This document shows positions 27,046 through 38,412 of a stretch of 64,000 nt of DNA, piece after piece. Origin of the DNA: Centroscyllium fabricii (lineage: Eukaryota); contig JBNRSN020000003.1 of the NCBI GenBank assembly GCA_051313645.2, forward strand, positions 245,148,001 through 245,212,000. The letters are read 5' to 3'. Both the position numbers and the translations under genes were made by a program. Within the stretch, counting starts at the first letter, position 1. Every line of letters begins with the position of its first letter. The notes beneath the pieces are model-generated. The model saw nothing but the letters and a program-made list of their open reading frames with translations, was not told the origin of the DNA and did no database searches.

Positions 27046-28329
27046 TTTTAAATAAGGACCAATGGTTCTTTTTGTCACAAGAATTTACTGAACCAGCAAA
27101 CTGAAATTCCAAACAAAGTCTTGAACTCTTAACTATGGGCTTTAGAAATCTGGTTTAATACTAAAGTCTCTTTATCTGTAATGTTTGGTCAGGTGTTATG
27201 GCATATCTTGTAATGGTGGAGACATGTGAGTTATTAATTGTGTGTTGATATTGAAAAAGTCTTATCGCTAGCTGTAAACTTCAGTAGATCTACTTCAAGC
27301 AGTCTTTGGCAGCAGTTTTGCAACAGCTAGCCTTGAAAAAGTTTTGTCCTTGAAATGGTTGTCAAAAGAACAATACAGCTGTACCATGAAAAAGCAAGGA
27401 AACATTTAGAAGAATACATACTGTATAATAGTATATGACAGAAATTTTCTGAAACACCATTAATGCTCTTTAGTTTAGGAAATCTATAAACAATTTATAA
27501 TCAAAAAATAGATTTCATATTGCAATGGAGTGTTCCATCCTTAGAGCAGAATTTTTAAAACAGTAAAAGTTAAAAAATGAAGTTAAATTCAGGTTAACAC
27601 TACAATACACATTTTCCACTCATGAATTAATAATACCCTGTCATAGCAGGTGGTGAGTATACCACTAAAAGCTTGCCTAAAATGATTTCAAAGCTATCTT
27701 GACTTGTACCCCAAGTCTGGGGTAAATGGAGGACACTACTGCCTAAGTTAATTTTCCAATATTCTTTTTAGAGTGTGTTTACGTGCAGCTATTGGTCTGA
27801 TATCAATAGTTACAGAATCAGTTCCATCCAGTCAGTGCCTGGCTCCAGTTTGAATTTTCGAGAGAGCACTGTGCATGCATGCTTATATGGATGCACAGAG
27901 CTTTGCTTCCAGCTATTAAATTTTTAATGTAATGAGAACATGGTGGGAGTGTCTGCTTTGAGAACATTTGGAGCAACTCCGTGTAAGTTTATAAAATTTC
28001 CAGGAGGTCGCTGAGCACTTTTTAAACCAGGTTTGACACTGCACTGGAGTTGTACTCCATGCATTGTGAAACCCTAGTAGTGTGAGACTGGAGTTACATT
28101 GTAATTTTGGTGTCACTACAAAGTGGAAATTGCAGAAGCAGATGTATAATTGCACCCTTAATGTAGGCCATGAAAAGAGAGCATTGGTTCATGACCAATG
28201 CCGTGAGGCTGTAGCTAAAGTACGCAGGTTGTGTTCACCGGGCAATCCATTACAAAACAAAGCATACCATTTTGAACTTGGTTGGGCCTCAGTTAGAATA
28301 CTGTGTTTATTATTTTTCTCCTCGCATGG

Positions 28330-28925
28330 TAGTGAATATTGAGGCTTTGGAAAGGGTGCAGAGGAGGACCACAAGATGAAATCCCAGCCTAAAACAGCTA
28401 ACTTACCCAGATGGGTTCAAAGAGCTGGGTCTGTATACTTTAGAAAACTGTAGACTTAGGCGATTTGATCAAGTTTTATAAATCAATAAAGGGTCTAGAT
28501 TGTGTTCATGTGGACCAATTATTTCAACCGGAAAGGTTAGGGAGAACCAGGGTTCATGCTTAAAAGTTACATAAGGGCAGAACTAGGTTGGACGTTTGGC
28601 CAAGAGAATCTTTTCCCAGAGAATAGTGAACCTGAGGAATAGGTTTCTGGCTCGTGTGGCAACTGCTGATTTGCTGTATTCTTTCAAGAGAGAGCTGGAA
28701 TTGTTTCTGGCTGGGGCGGAGATCACCTTGTACAAGAGTTGGCTGCCCTGTAAAATAAATCAGTGACCACATGATCACCTGGGGTCAGAGAGCAATTTTC
28801 CCTTAATTAGCCTGGGTATTTATTTGGTTTACATGGCTCTGGGTGGGTAGAGATACGTAGGGTCTATATTGTGATACGTAGGGTATCACAGCTATATGGG
28901 ACAGGCTAGATGGACCAGTGTTTTA
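28330..28925 (+). mobile_element. old CR1 LINE 3' fragment
   Basis: Decayed ALERVQRR-T and RIVNL motifs; CR1-type tail GGCTAGATGGACC. Confidence 0.65.
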
Positions 28926-29045
28926 AAAAAAAAAAAAAATGTTTTGACATTTAAAAAAATAGTTTGAGTATGTAGCTGGATTAATACGCCGGAAATATTG
29001 CACATATTTTATCCATAAACCTGAGTTGTGTAGTTTAAAGAGAAT

Positions 29046-29562
29046 GGCCGAGAAATTGCACCACACAATGCCTGTTTTTTTTGTGAAAACCTGGTTCTGA
29101 AAGGTCCACTAATGCGTGCAGCATGCATGCTGCGGTCAGCTTTCTTGGGCAGCCAAACCAGCTGTCCTTAAATGGACTGCTGGAGGTTGCCACCAAAAAG
29201 GTTATTTTTAAAAACACTTATTGAATGTGGTACCAGAAGGAGCAGGAGTGCCTTTTGTGGCTCCACATTGAAATTGCAAGCTGCTGCCAGCCACTGCTCG
29301 CCGCCCTCCCGAACTTATCCCCTCTACCACCACCCCTGACCCCTCCCCTGCCCCCCCGCCGCCGTACTCACTGTGGACCCAGTGCCGACGTTCCTGCTGG
29401 CTAACTTTCCTCTTTTTCAGGATGACCACGACTGCCTCCTGGGGCGCAACGGGCGCCTATAGTGGTCAGGTGATGTGAGAGGACCATTTCCAAGTGGTCT
29501 TGCGCATCAGATTAGGCACGGTTGTTGTTGCTGTCACTAGGTTCACGCAAGTATTCTCGGCC
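29046..29562. mobile_element. Harbinger-like MITE, imperfect TIRs
   Basis: Ends GGCCGAGAAATTGC and GCAAGTATTCTCGGCC; 3-bp AAT on both sides (29043-29045, 29563-29565); GC-rich interior. Confidence 0.6.
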
Positions 29563-29719
29563 AATATTCTAATAATGAAGCATATTCCAGTAATATTCTT
29601 AAAAATGGCCTGTATAACACAAAAGGTAGAAATGTCTTACAAAGATGTAATACAGTCATTCGGCCATTTACCACGAGTTAAGTTCAAGTAGTTTGTAAAT
29701 ATCACTAATATCACTTAAT

Positions 29720-31572
29720 TATCGAGGGTGGGTGGATTCAGGCGAGCGCAAATTTAAAAGCAGCGAGAGAAATGCCATGGCTCCAGAGCAGAGTAGAGTT
29801 TTGGTTAAAAATAAGCAGTGTGTGTCAGGAAGGGGCAGAGAGAGTAACCAAGGTAATAAGGCATCAGTGACTAAGGCGACATCAGGGAAAAATAGAAATA
29901 AGTCAAAGCTAAAGGCAATATAGCTAAATGTGCAAAGCATTTGCAACAAAATAGATGAATTAATAGTGCAGATAGAAATTAACAAGTTTGATCTAATGGC
30001 CATTACGGAGACGTGGTTGCAATGTGGCCACGGTTGGGAACTAAATATTCCACGATACTTAACTTTTAGAAGAGATAGGCCAAATGGAAAAGGAGAAGGG
30101 GCCTGATAATTAAGGATGGGATAAAGACAGTAGAGAAAAAGGATCTTCGCTCTGAAAATCAAGAAGTGGAATCAGTTTGGATGGAGCAAAGAAACAGCAA
30201 GGGGCAGTAAATATTAGTGGGAGTTGTTTATAGGCCCACAAACAGTAGTTGTAATGTATGGCAGAGTATAAATCAGGAAATTAGAGGCACATGTAACAAG
30301 GGTATTACAGTAATCATGGGGGACTTTAATCTACATATAGAGTAGGCAAACCAAATTTGCAGTAATAGTGTGGAGGACGAATTAATGGAATGTATGCAAG
30401 ATAGTTTTCTAGATCAGTATGTTGAAGAACCAACTGGGGAACAGGCTATTTTAGATTTAGTATTGTGCAGAGAGAGAGGGTTAATTAATAACCTTGTAGT
30501 AAAGGGGCATTTAGGGAAGAGTGACCATAATATGATATAATTTTATATTGTGTTTGAAAATTGTTTAGTTAAATCTGAAACTAGGGTCTTAAATTTAAAC
30601 AAAGCAAACTACGTAGGTATGAGGGGTGAGTTGGCTAAGGTAGATTGGGAAACTCCATTAAAAGGTGTGATGGTAGACAAGCAATGGTTAGCATTTAAAG
30701 AACGAATACATAACATACAACAAATATGCATTCCTTTAAGGCACAAAAACCCCACAGGAAAAGTGGTCCAATTATGGCTAACAAAAAGTTAAAGATAGCA
30801 TTAGATCAAAGGAAGAGGCTTATGTTGCCAAATAGAGTAGTAAGTCTGAGAATTGGGACGATTTTAGAATTCCGCAAAGGAGGACCAAGAAATTGATAAA
30901 GAAAAGGAAAATAGAATGGGAGTAAACTAGCGAGAGACACAAACACAGACTGTAAATGCTTCTATAGGGGTACGTAAAAAGGAAAAGATTAGCGAAAGTA
31001 AATGTAGGTCCCTTACAGGCTGAGACAGGAGAAATTATAATGGGGAATAAGGAAATGGCAGAGAAATTAAACAAGTACTTTGTGTCTGACTTCACAGAAG
31101 AAGATGCAGAAAACTTCCCGTAAATAGTGGTGAACCAAGGCTCTAGCGAGAATGAGCAACTGAAAAAAATTGGTATTCGTAAAAAAGAAGTACTGGAGAA
31201 ATTAATGGAATTGAAAGCAGATAAATCCTCTGGACCTAATGGCCTACATCCTAGGGTTTTGAAAAAGGTAGTGATAGAGAAAGTGGATGCAATGTTTGCC
31301 ATTTTCCAAAATTCCATAGATTCTAGAACGGTTCCCGTAAATTGGAAAGTTGCAAATGCAACCCCACTATTTAAGAAAGGAGGGAGTGAGAAAACGGTGA
31401 ACTACAGACCAATTAGCCTGACATCAGTAGTAGGGGAAATTCTATAATATATTATTAAGGACGTGCTAACAGGGCACTTAGAAAATAATAATAGGATTGG
31501 GCAGAGTCAACATGGATTTATGAAAGAAAAATTGTGTTTGACAAATCTGTTAGAATTTTATGAGGTTGTAAC
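29720..31572 (+). mobile_element. CR1 LINE 5' part (APE endonuclease to RT start), interrupted by hAT
   Basis: AITETWL, MGDFN, LGKSDH, GPNGLHPRVLK, NYRPISLTSVVG, QHGFMKEKLCLTNLLEF; many stops. Confidence 0.9.
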
Positions 31573-31762
31573 TAGGGTTGCAAAGGGGTGGAAAGTTTCC
31601 GGTAAATTTCCGGAACTTTTCCACGGGAAGTTTAGCTTGAGAATTTGGGGAATTTTGCCCAAAAAAGCACATGCTAACATAATATTGTATTTTTTGTATT
31701 CCTCTCTTAAAATTGCTAACAGAGATGGAATCTTAATTATTAAGGAGTTTCTTAATCAATAT

Positions 31763-32145
31763 ATAGAAACATAGAAACATAGAAGATAGGAGCAGGAGTA
31801 GGCCATTCGGCCCTTCGAGCCTGCTCCGCCATTCAATGAGATCATGGCTGATCATCCAAACCCAGTACCCTGTCTCTGCCTTGTCCCCATATCCCTCTCG
31901 AGCCTGCACCGACACATATCCCACCCTATCCCCGTAACCCCACATATTCAATCCCCTGAACACTAAGGATCAATTTAACCTGGCCAATCAACCTAACCCG
32001 CACATCTTTGGACTGTGGGAGGAAACCCTTGCAGACATGGAGAGAATGTGCAAACTCCACACAGATAGTACCCGAAGCTGGATTTGAACCCGGGTCTCTA
32101 GTGCTGTAAAGCAACAGTGCTAACCACTATGCCACCGTGCCGTCC
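31763..32145 (-). mobile_element. HE1-like V-SINE inside hAT
   Basis: Minus strand: tRNA head GGCACGGTGGCATAGTGGTTAGCACTG, V-domain GTGTGGAGTTTGCACATTCTC, CR1 tail ending (TTTCTATG)n. Confidence 0.85.
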
Positions 32146-33225
32146 TTTTGTTTATCTTCTTACTTGGCTTGTTTTAATAATTATAAGTTTTGTGTGTGAC
32201 TGTGAACAAATGTGTCCTGATTGGTTGGATGAGCGATTAGCTCCCTCTATTGGTGATGTAGTGTTGTACGTGCACAGGTCATGCTTCCATCACATGGAGC
32301 ATCAGGAAAAATGTACTCACCCTGTTGCAATCATGGTGATCGACCGCAGTTTGACACAGAGATAAGTGCCCTTTATTTCTCTGCATAGCACAATGCCATG
32401 TTTACCGTCGGATGTGTAGAAGCATTTAAAGATGGAAAGACTGTGTACATGTGCAAACACTGCACAAAGCCATATGTAAAGAATGTCACAAAGATGCAGC
32501 AGCATTTATCCAAATGCAACAACTTCACTCAAAGCTCACAGCAGCCTGCCCAGAGTTCCTCTGCTTCCATTCAAGAAGATGATGGTTCACATTCAGCATC
32601 AGGCTCGTTTATCATCAGCAACTCCTGGCCCACTTGGAAGGTTCTTTGATACAATGGATAACCATAGCCAGAAGAATGCAGATGAGTGCCTTGCTCAAGC
32701 TGTATATGTGACAGGCTCACCCCTCATGCTCACAGCCAATGTGTACTGGAAGAGATTTTTCAATGTTCTTCGCCCTGCATACTGTCCTCCCAGCAGACAT
32801 GCTTTGTCTACTTATTTCCTGGAGGCTGAGTATAACAGAGTCTTTGGAAAGCTCGAAGAAATGATAGAGATGGCAGACTGTGTTGCAGTTATTGCAGATG
32901 GGTGGTCAAAGGTACGAGGGGAGGGCATCATAAACTACATCGTTTCCACTCCTCTCCCAGTGTTCTTCAAGAGCACAGACACGAAGGACAACAGACACAC
33001 AGGCACATACATTGCTGATGAGCTGAACGCAGTCATCAACGATCTTGGATCACAAAAGGTCTTTGCAGTAGTTACTGACAATGCTGCGAATATGAAGGCT
33101 GCTTGGGCTCAAGTGGAGGAGGCCTACCCTCATATTATGTCTCTTGGGTGCGCAGCTCATGGGCTCAACCTGCTCCTCAAGGACATCATGGGTTTCAGAA
33201 CTATGGAAACGCTGTACAAGAGAGC

Positions 33226-33505
33226 TGACGTATCGTCAATATCTTCAGATTAAAAGACTCAACGAGTAGTTTCCGTAACTATAGGCTTTTAATCACTTAC
33301 TTAGGAGCTACCCTCCGAACGAACATCTAAGCAGGAATGAGGGAGCCTCAGTCAGTCTCCACCTATAAAGGCCTCACCTGGGGGAGGAGTTAGAGGTGTG
33401 GCTGACCTGGCTCCCGACAGTGTTACAGGGCTGTGTATCAAATATACACAGCCAATTATTGGCAACAAGAATACAGTGGTATACATAACATTATGGGTTA
33501 CCACA
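33226..33505 (-). mobile_element. solo LTR related to the Gypsy element at 35603
   Basis: TG...CA ends; perfect 5-bp TSD AGAGC (33221-33225, 33506-33510); removing it restores the transposase frame YKRAKQVVK. Confidence 0.93.
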
Positions 33506-34141
33506 AGAGCCAAGCAAGTTGTTAAGTATTTCAGGGTAAAACAGGTAGTTGCAGCAACCTACAACTCCAAGCGAAAGAATAAGAACACCACACTGAAGCT
33601 GCCCAGCAACACTAGATGGGGTGGTGTTGTCATAATGTACAGCAGCCTTCTGGAGGGTAAGGAGTCACTGCAAGAAATGGCAATATCCCAGTCTGGGGAT
33701 ATGGAAACCACCATCAAGAAAAGACTGCTGGATGATGTGTTTTGGGAGGTAGTGGTTAGCAGCTTTAAACTACTCTCATCAGTAGCATCTGCAATTGCTC
33801 AGATTGAAGGAGATGGCGCTGTCTTGTCAGATGTTCTCTGGCTTTTTGCTGAATTAAAAGAGCAAATCAGCATTGCCCTACCCACATCCCTGCTGCTCAA
33901 AGAAGAGGAGAAGGCAATTGTTCAATTCATACAGACGCATCAAGAATTTTGTGTCGGGACGATTCATGCTGTAGCATACATGCTGGACTCAAAGAATGTT
34001 GGGAGACCAATACTTTCTGGAGAACAGATGAACAGCGCTTAGTGTGATTTCTACCCTTTCACGCCATCTCAATCTGGATGTGGGCAAAGTTCTGGGAAAT
34101 CTGGCATAGTTCTCTACCAAGCAAGGTCTTTGGAATCGGGA

Positions 34142-34544
34142 CATAGAAACATAGAAACATAGAAGATAGGAGCAGGAGTAGGCCGTTCGGCCCTTCGAGC
34201 CTGCTCCGCCATTCAATGAGATCATGGCTGATCATCCAAACCCAGCACCCTGTCCCTGCCTTGTCCCCATATCCCTATCGAGCCTGCACCGACACATATC
34301 CCACCCTATCCCCGTAACCCCACATATTCAATCCCCCTAACACTAAGGGTCAATTTATCCTGGCCAATCAACCTAACCCGCACATCTTTGGACTGTGGGA
34401 GGAAACCGGAGCACCCGGAGGAAACCCACGCAGACACGGCGAGAATGTGCAAACTCCACACAGATAGTACCCAAGGCTGGATTTGAACCCGGGTCTCTAG
34501 TGCTGTAAGGCAACAGTGCTAACCACTATGCCACCGTGCCGCCC
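34142..34544 (-). mobile_element. HE1-like V-SINE inside hAT transposase
   Basis: Near-identical to 31763-32145 but without its internal deletion; CGGGAC occurs in both flanks. Confidence 0.88.
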
Positions 34545-35180
34545 CGACGGGACGGGACATGGGAATCATGCAAGCATATCAGTGCACATACTTGGTGGAA
34601 GGGTCTTTGTGCATCTGAGGTCCTGTCACCCATTGCATCGGTGATACTCCAAGCCCCACCTTCAGCGGCCTCTGAACGAAACTGGTTACATTTTAGGAAT
34701 ACGCATACAAAGGTGCGCAACAGGCTGACTAACAAGAGAGTGGAGAAACTGGTGGCTATCCGAGCGAACCTACAACTTATTGAGCCAGATACAGAAGTGT
34801 CCACCACACAGCTAGACAGTGACACAGAGGAGGAATGGACATGTCAGAGACAGAGAATCAGGAGGAACAATGATGAGTAGAAGACTCAAAGGGACAAAAT
34901 AAGGACAAATTACAGGCTAAATAAGCTGACGCTCTTTTTATTTTATTTTAGAATGGTCTTTTTTGAGGGGGTTCAATAAAGTTCAAAATTATAACTTAAA
35001 TAAAGTTTTAAAAGCCTGTTTTTATTTGTATGGAACAGTATGTCTATTTTGATGACAAAGATAATCTAAGGGTCAGAGACAAAAACCATTAGTGTGCAAA
35101 AAAAACAAAATTCCCCAAATTCCCATAAATTCCCATGGAAAGTTTCTTCTTTTAAAAATTCCCAGAATTTTGCAACCCTA

Positions 35181-35275
35181 GTTGCAATGAGCAGAATAGA
35201 TACGGGAAAACCAGTGAATGTGATGTACAGTATTTGGATTTTCAGAAGGCTTTCAATAAGGTGCCACACAAGAGG
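35181..35275 (+). mobile_element. CR1 continuation after hAT
   Basis: SRIDTGKPVNVMY / LDFQKAFNKVPHKR continues the RT interrupted at 31572. Confidence 0.85.
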
Positions 35276-35913
35276 AACGGTAGCGTAGTGGTCTCGTCAC
35301 TGGGCTAGGACTGGACTAATGATCCAGAGACGTGAGTTCAAATACCACCACAGCAGCCGGGGAATTTAAATTCACTTAATTAAATAAATCTGGAATAGAA
35401 AGCTAGTATCTGTAATGTGGTTGACTCTTAACTCTCTGAAATGGCCTAGCAAGTCACTTAGTTGTAACTAACTGCTACGAAACATAATAAAAATTAAACC
35501 AGATGGATCACCCGGCATCAACCTTGGCATCAACTATGGGCACGGCAAAGTCCTCCTCAACAACAACAACTGAGGACTTGTATCAAAATTGGGAGAGCTG
35601 TCTGACGTATCGTCAATATCTCAGATTAAAAGAGACGACGAGTAGTTACCGAAACTAAAGGCTTTTAATCGCTAAGAACGGAGCTACCCTCCGGAATGAA
35701 CTTCTCTGCAGGAATGAGGAGCCTCGGTCAGTTTCCACCTATAACGGGCCTCACCTGGGGGAGGAGTTAGAGGTGTGGCTGACCTGGCTCCCAACAGTAT
35801 TACACAGGTTACAGGGCTGTGCCTTACATCTGCACAGCCCATTATTGGCACAATAATACAGTGGTAAAACAGTTACATAAAAGGGTTACCACATTCACCC
35901 CTTCTTGAAAATG

Positions 35914-38412
35914 TTAAGTCCGGGGGGGTGGGTGGGGGGGGGGGGGGCGTGAATGGGTCAAACAGTTCATGATCAGTCTGTCCGGCGGTCGTGTCTGCCT
36001 GGAGGACCGCCGGCGTTCCGGTGTTGGTGGTGGTGCCTCCTGGTTCGTACCACTCGCATCTGCCGGTGGTGACCGCTGATCGGGTGCCATGGCTTCTGGT
36101 GGCGATGGATCCGGCTGGTCCCCGCCGTCCGGGTCGTAGTTCTGTACTGGCCACTGCCGGGGCTCTGGGAAGCTCCGGGGCCATCGTGTGTCTGGTGGGT
36201 TTTCTGGATACAGTGGCTGAGCGGCCTGCTGGCCGGCCAGGGGCTCTGCGGTGGTGCTTCCTGCGGGAGCCAGGTCCCTGATGGACACGGTGTCCTCACG
36301 CCCGTCCGGGAACTGCACGAATGCATAGTGTGGGTTTGCGTGTAGGAGCTGTACCTTGTCCACCAGGGGGTCTGTCTTGTGGCTCCGGACATGTCTTCTA
36401 AGCAAAACCGGCCCCGGAGTCGTCAGCCATGGAGGAAGAGCTGTCCCCGAAGTCGATTTCCTGGGGAAGGAGAAAATCAGATCGTGCGGGGTGGCGTTAG
36501 TAGCAGTACATAATAGAGAGCGTATAGAGTGCAGCGCGTCTGGGAGGACTGCCTGCCAATGGGACACTGGAAGGCCTCTGGACTTGAGAGCCAGGGTGAC
36601 CGCCTTCCAAATTATCCCATTCTCCCTTTCTACCTGGCCGTTCCCCCGGGGGCTATAACTGGTCGTTCTGCTCGTGGCAACCCCTTTCTGGAGCAGAAAC
36701 TGGCGCAGTTCATCGCTCATGAACGATGACCCCCGGCCGCTATGGATGTAGCTGGGGAGACCGAAAATGGCGAACAGCGTGGTGAAGTGTTTGATCACCG
36801 TTGCGCTCATCATATCTGCGCAGGGGAAGGCGAAGGGGAAGCGGGAGAACTCATCCACTACCGTGAGGAAGTATGAGTTGCGGTCGGTGGAAGGGAGGGG
36901 GCCTTTGAAGTCCACGCTGAGACATTCAAAGGGGCGGGTGGCCTTAATGAGGTGCGCCGTGTCTGGCCGGAAAAAGTGGGGTTTGCACTCGGCGCAGACA
37001 GGGCACTCTCGGGTCATAGCCTTGATCTCCGTGATGGAGTAGGGGAGGCTACGGGACTTGACGAAGTGGGCGAGTCTGGTGACACCCGGGTGGCAAAGGC
37101 GGTCGTGGAGGTCCTTCAGCCGGTCTAGCTGGGCACTGGCGCACGTTCCCCTGGACAGTGCGTCCGGGGGTTCATTGAGTTTACCTGGTCGGTAAAGAAT
37201 GTCATACTCGTAAGTCGAGAGTTCGATCCGCCACCGCAGGATCTTATCATTCTTGATTTTACCCCGTTGTTTATTATTAAACATAAATGCCACCGACCCT
37301 TGGTCGGTGAGCAGGGTAAAACGCTTACTGGCCAGGTAATGACGCCAGTAGCGCACGGCCTCCACGATGGCCTGGGCCTCCTTTTCCACTGCGGAGTAGC
37401 GAGTTTCGGGTCCCTGTAAGGTGCGGGAGAAAAACGCTACGGGCCTGCCTGCCTGATTCAGGGTGGCAGTAAGGGCAAAGTCCGAAGCGTCACTCTCCAC
37501 CTGCAAAGGGATGGATTCATCAACAGCGAGCATGGTCGCCTTGATAATATCTTCCTTTATCCTTGCGAATGCCGTTTGGGCTTCTACAGAAAGGGGGAAG
37601 ACGGCAGCCTTGAGGAGTGGTCTAGCCTTATCTGCGAACTGTGGGACCCATTGTGCATAATAGGAGAAAAATCCTAGGCATCTCCTCAAGGCTTTGGGGT
37701 TGTGAGGTAGGGGCAGTTCTTGCAGGGGTTGCATACTCTGTGGGTCGGGGCCGAGGACCCCGTTCTCCTCCACGTATCCGAGGATGGCGAGCCGGTCTGT
37801 ATTAAAGACACATTTGTCCTTGTTATACGTAAGGTCCAGCTTGTCCGCCGTGTCGAGGAATTTGGCCAGATTGGCATCGTGGTCCTGCTGGTCGTGGCCG
37901 CAGATGGTCACGTTGTCCAGGTAAGGGAAAGTGGCCTGCAAGTCATTTTGGTCAACCATACTGTCCATCTCCCGTTGGAACACTGACACTCCGTTGGTCA
38001 CGCCAAAGGGGACCCGGAGGAAGTGGTAGAGCCGACCGTTCGCCTCGAAGGCGGTGTAGGGGCGGTCGGCTTTCCGAATCGGGAGCTGATGATACGCCGA
38101 TTTAAGGTCGATCGTGGAGAACACCTTGTACTGGGCGATCTGGTTGACCATGTCTGAGATGCGGGGAAGGGGGTAGGCGTCGAGCCCGGTGTAGCGGTTG
38201 ATAGTCTAGCTGTAATCGATAACCAGCCGCTGTTTCTCACCAGACTTCACCACTACAACTTGGGCGCGCCAGGGGCTGGTGCTGGTTTCAATTATCCCCT
38301 CCTTCAGCATCCGCCCGACCTCCGACCTGATAAACGTGCGATCCCCCTCACTGTACCGCCGACTCTTAGTAGCAATGGGTTTGCACTTCGGATCGAGGTT
38401 GGCGAACAGCGA
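35914..38412 (-). pseudogene. pol: Gypsy pol (RT-RNase H-integrase), disrupted
   Basis: SPWRAQVVVV, IDYS*TIN (TAG at 38206-38208), DLKSAYHQ, PFGVTN, YLDN, SDASD, EKEA, HHCC finger, VDFKGP, HSGRG (second catalytic D replaced by G), GQVERE. Confidence 0.9.

Larger units (their letters stand above)
32393..34880 (+). pseudogene. hAT transposase pseudogene (BED finger, DUF659-like core, dimerisation domain)
   Basis: YMCKHC...QQHLSKC, IADGW, VTDNAANM, GCAAH, SNTRWGG, WWKGL...SAASERNW; broken by stops, frameshifts, a solo LTR and a SINE. Confidence 0.9.
31573..35180 (+). mobile_element. hAT DNA transposon
   Basis: 12-bp TIRs TAGGGTTGCAAA and TTTGCAACCCTA; 8-bp TSD GTTGTAAC (31565-31572) vs GTTGCAAT (35181-35188); subterminal GGAAA/TTCC repeats; CR1 reads through on either side. 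Confidence 0.92.

Noticed and set aside
34440-34544. tRNA-like sequences here and at 32145, 35276 and 53080 as tRNA genes
   Set aside because: They are SINE/LINE heads attached to repeat bodies and lack a complete cloverleaf.
33217-35602. AGAGC near both Gypsy-family insertion sites as target specificity
   Set aside because: The TSDs differ (AGAGC vs CTGTC) and the motif is offset; two sites are insufficient evidence.
35620-35632. LTR segment reading CTTTTAATCTGAG in element sense, resembling (from memory) the tRNA-Lys(UUU) anticodon arm
   Set aside because: It is the same sense as the tRNA, so it cannot act as a PBS; it is short, AT-rich and differs in the other LTR.
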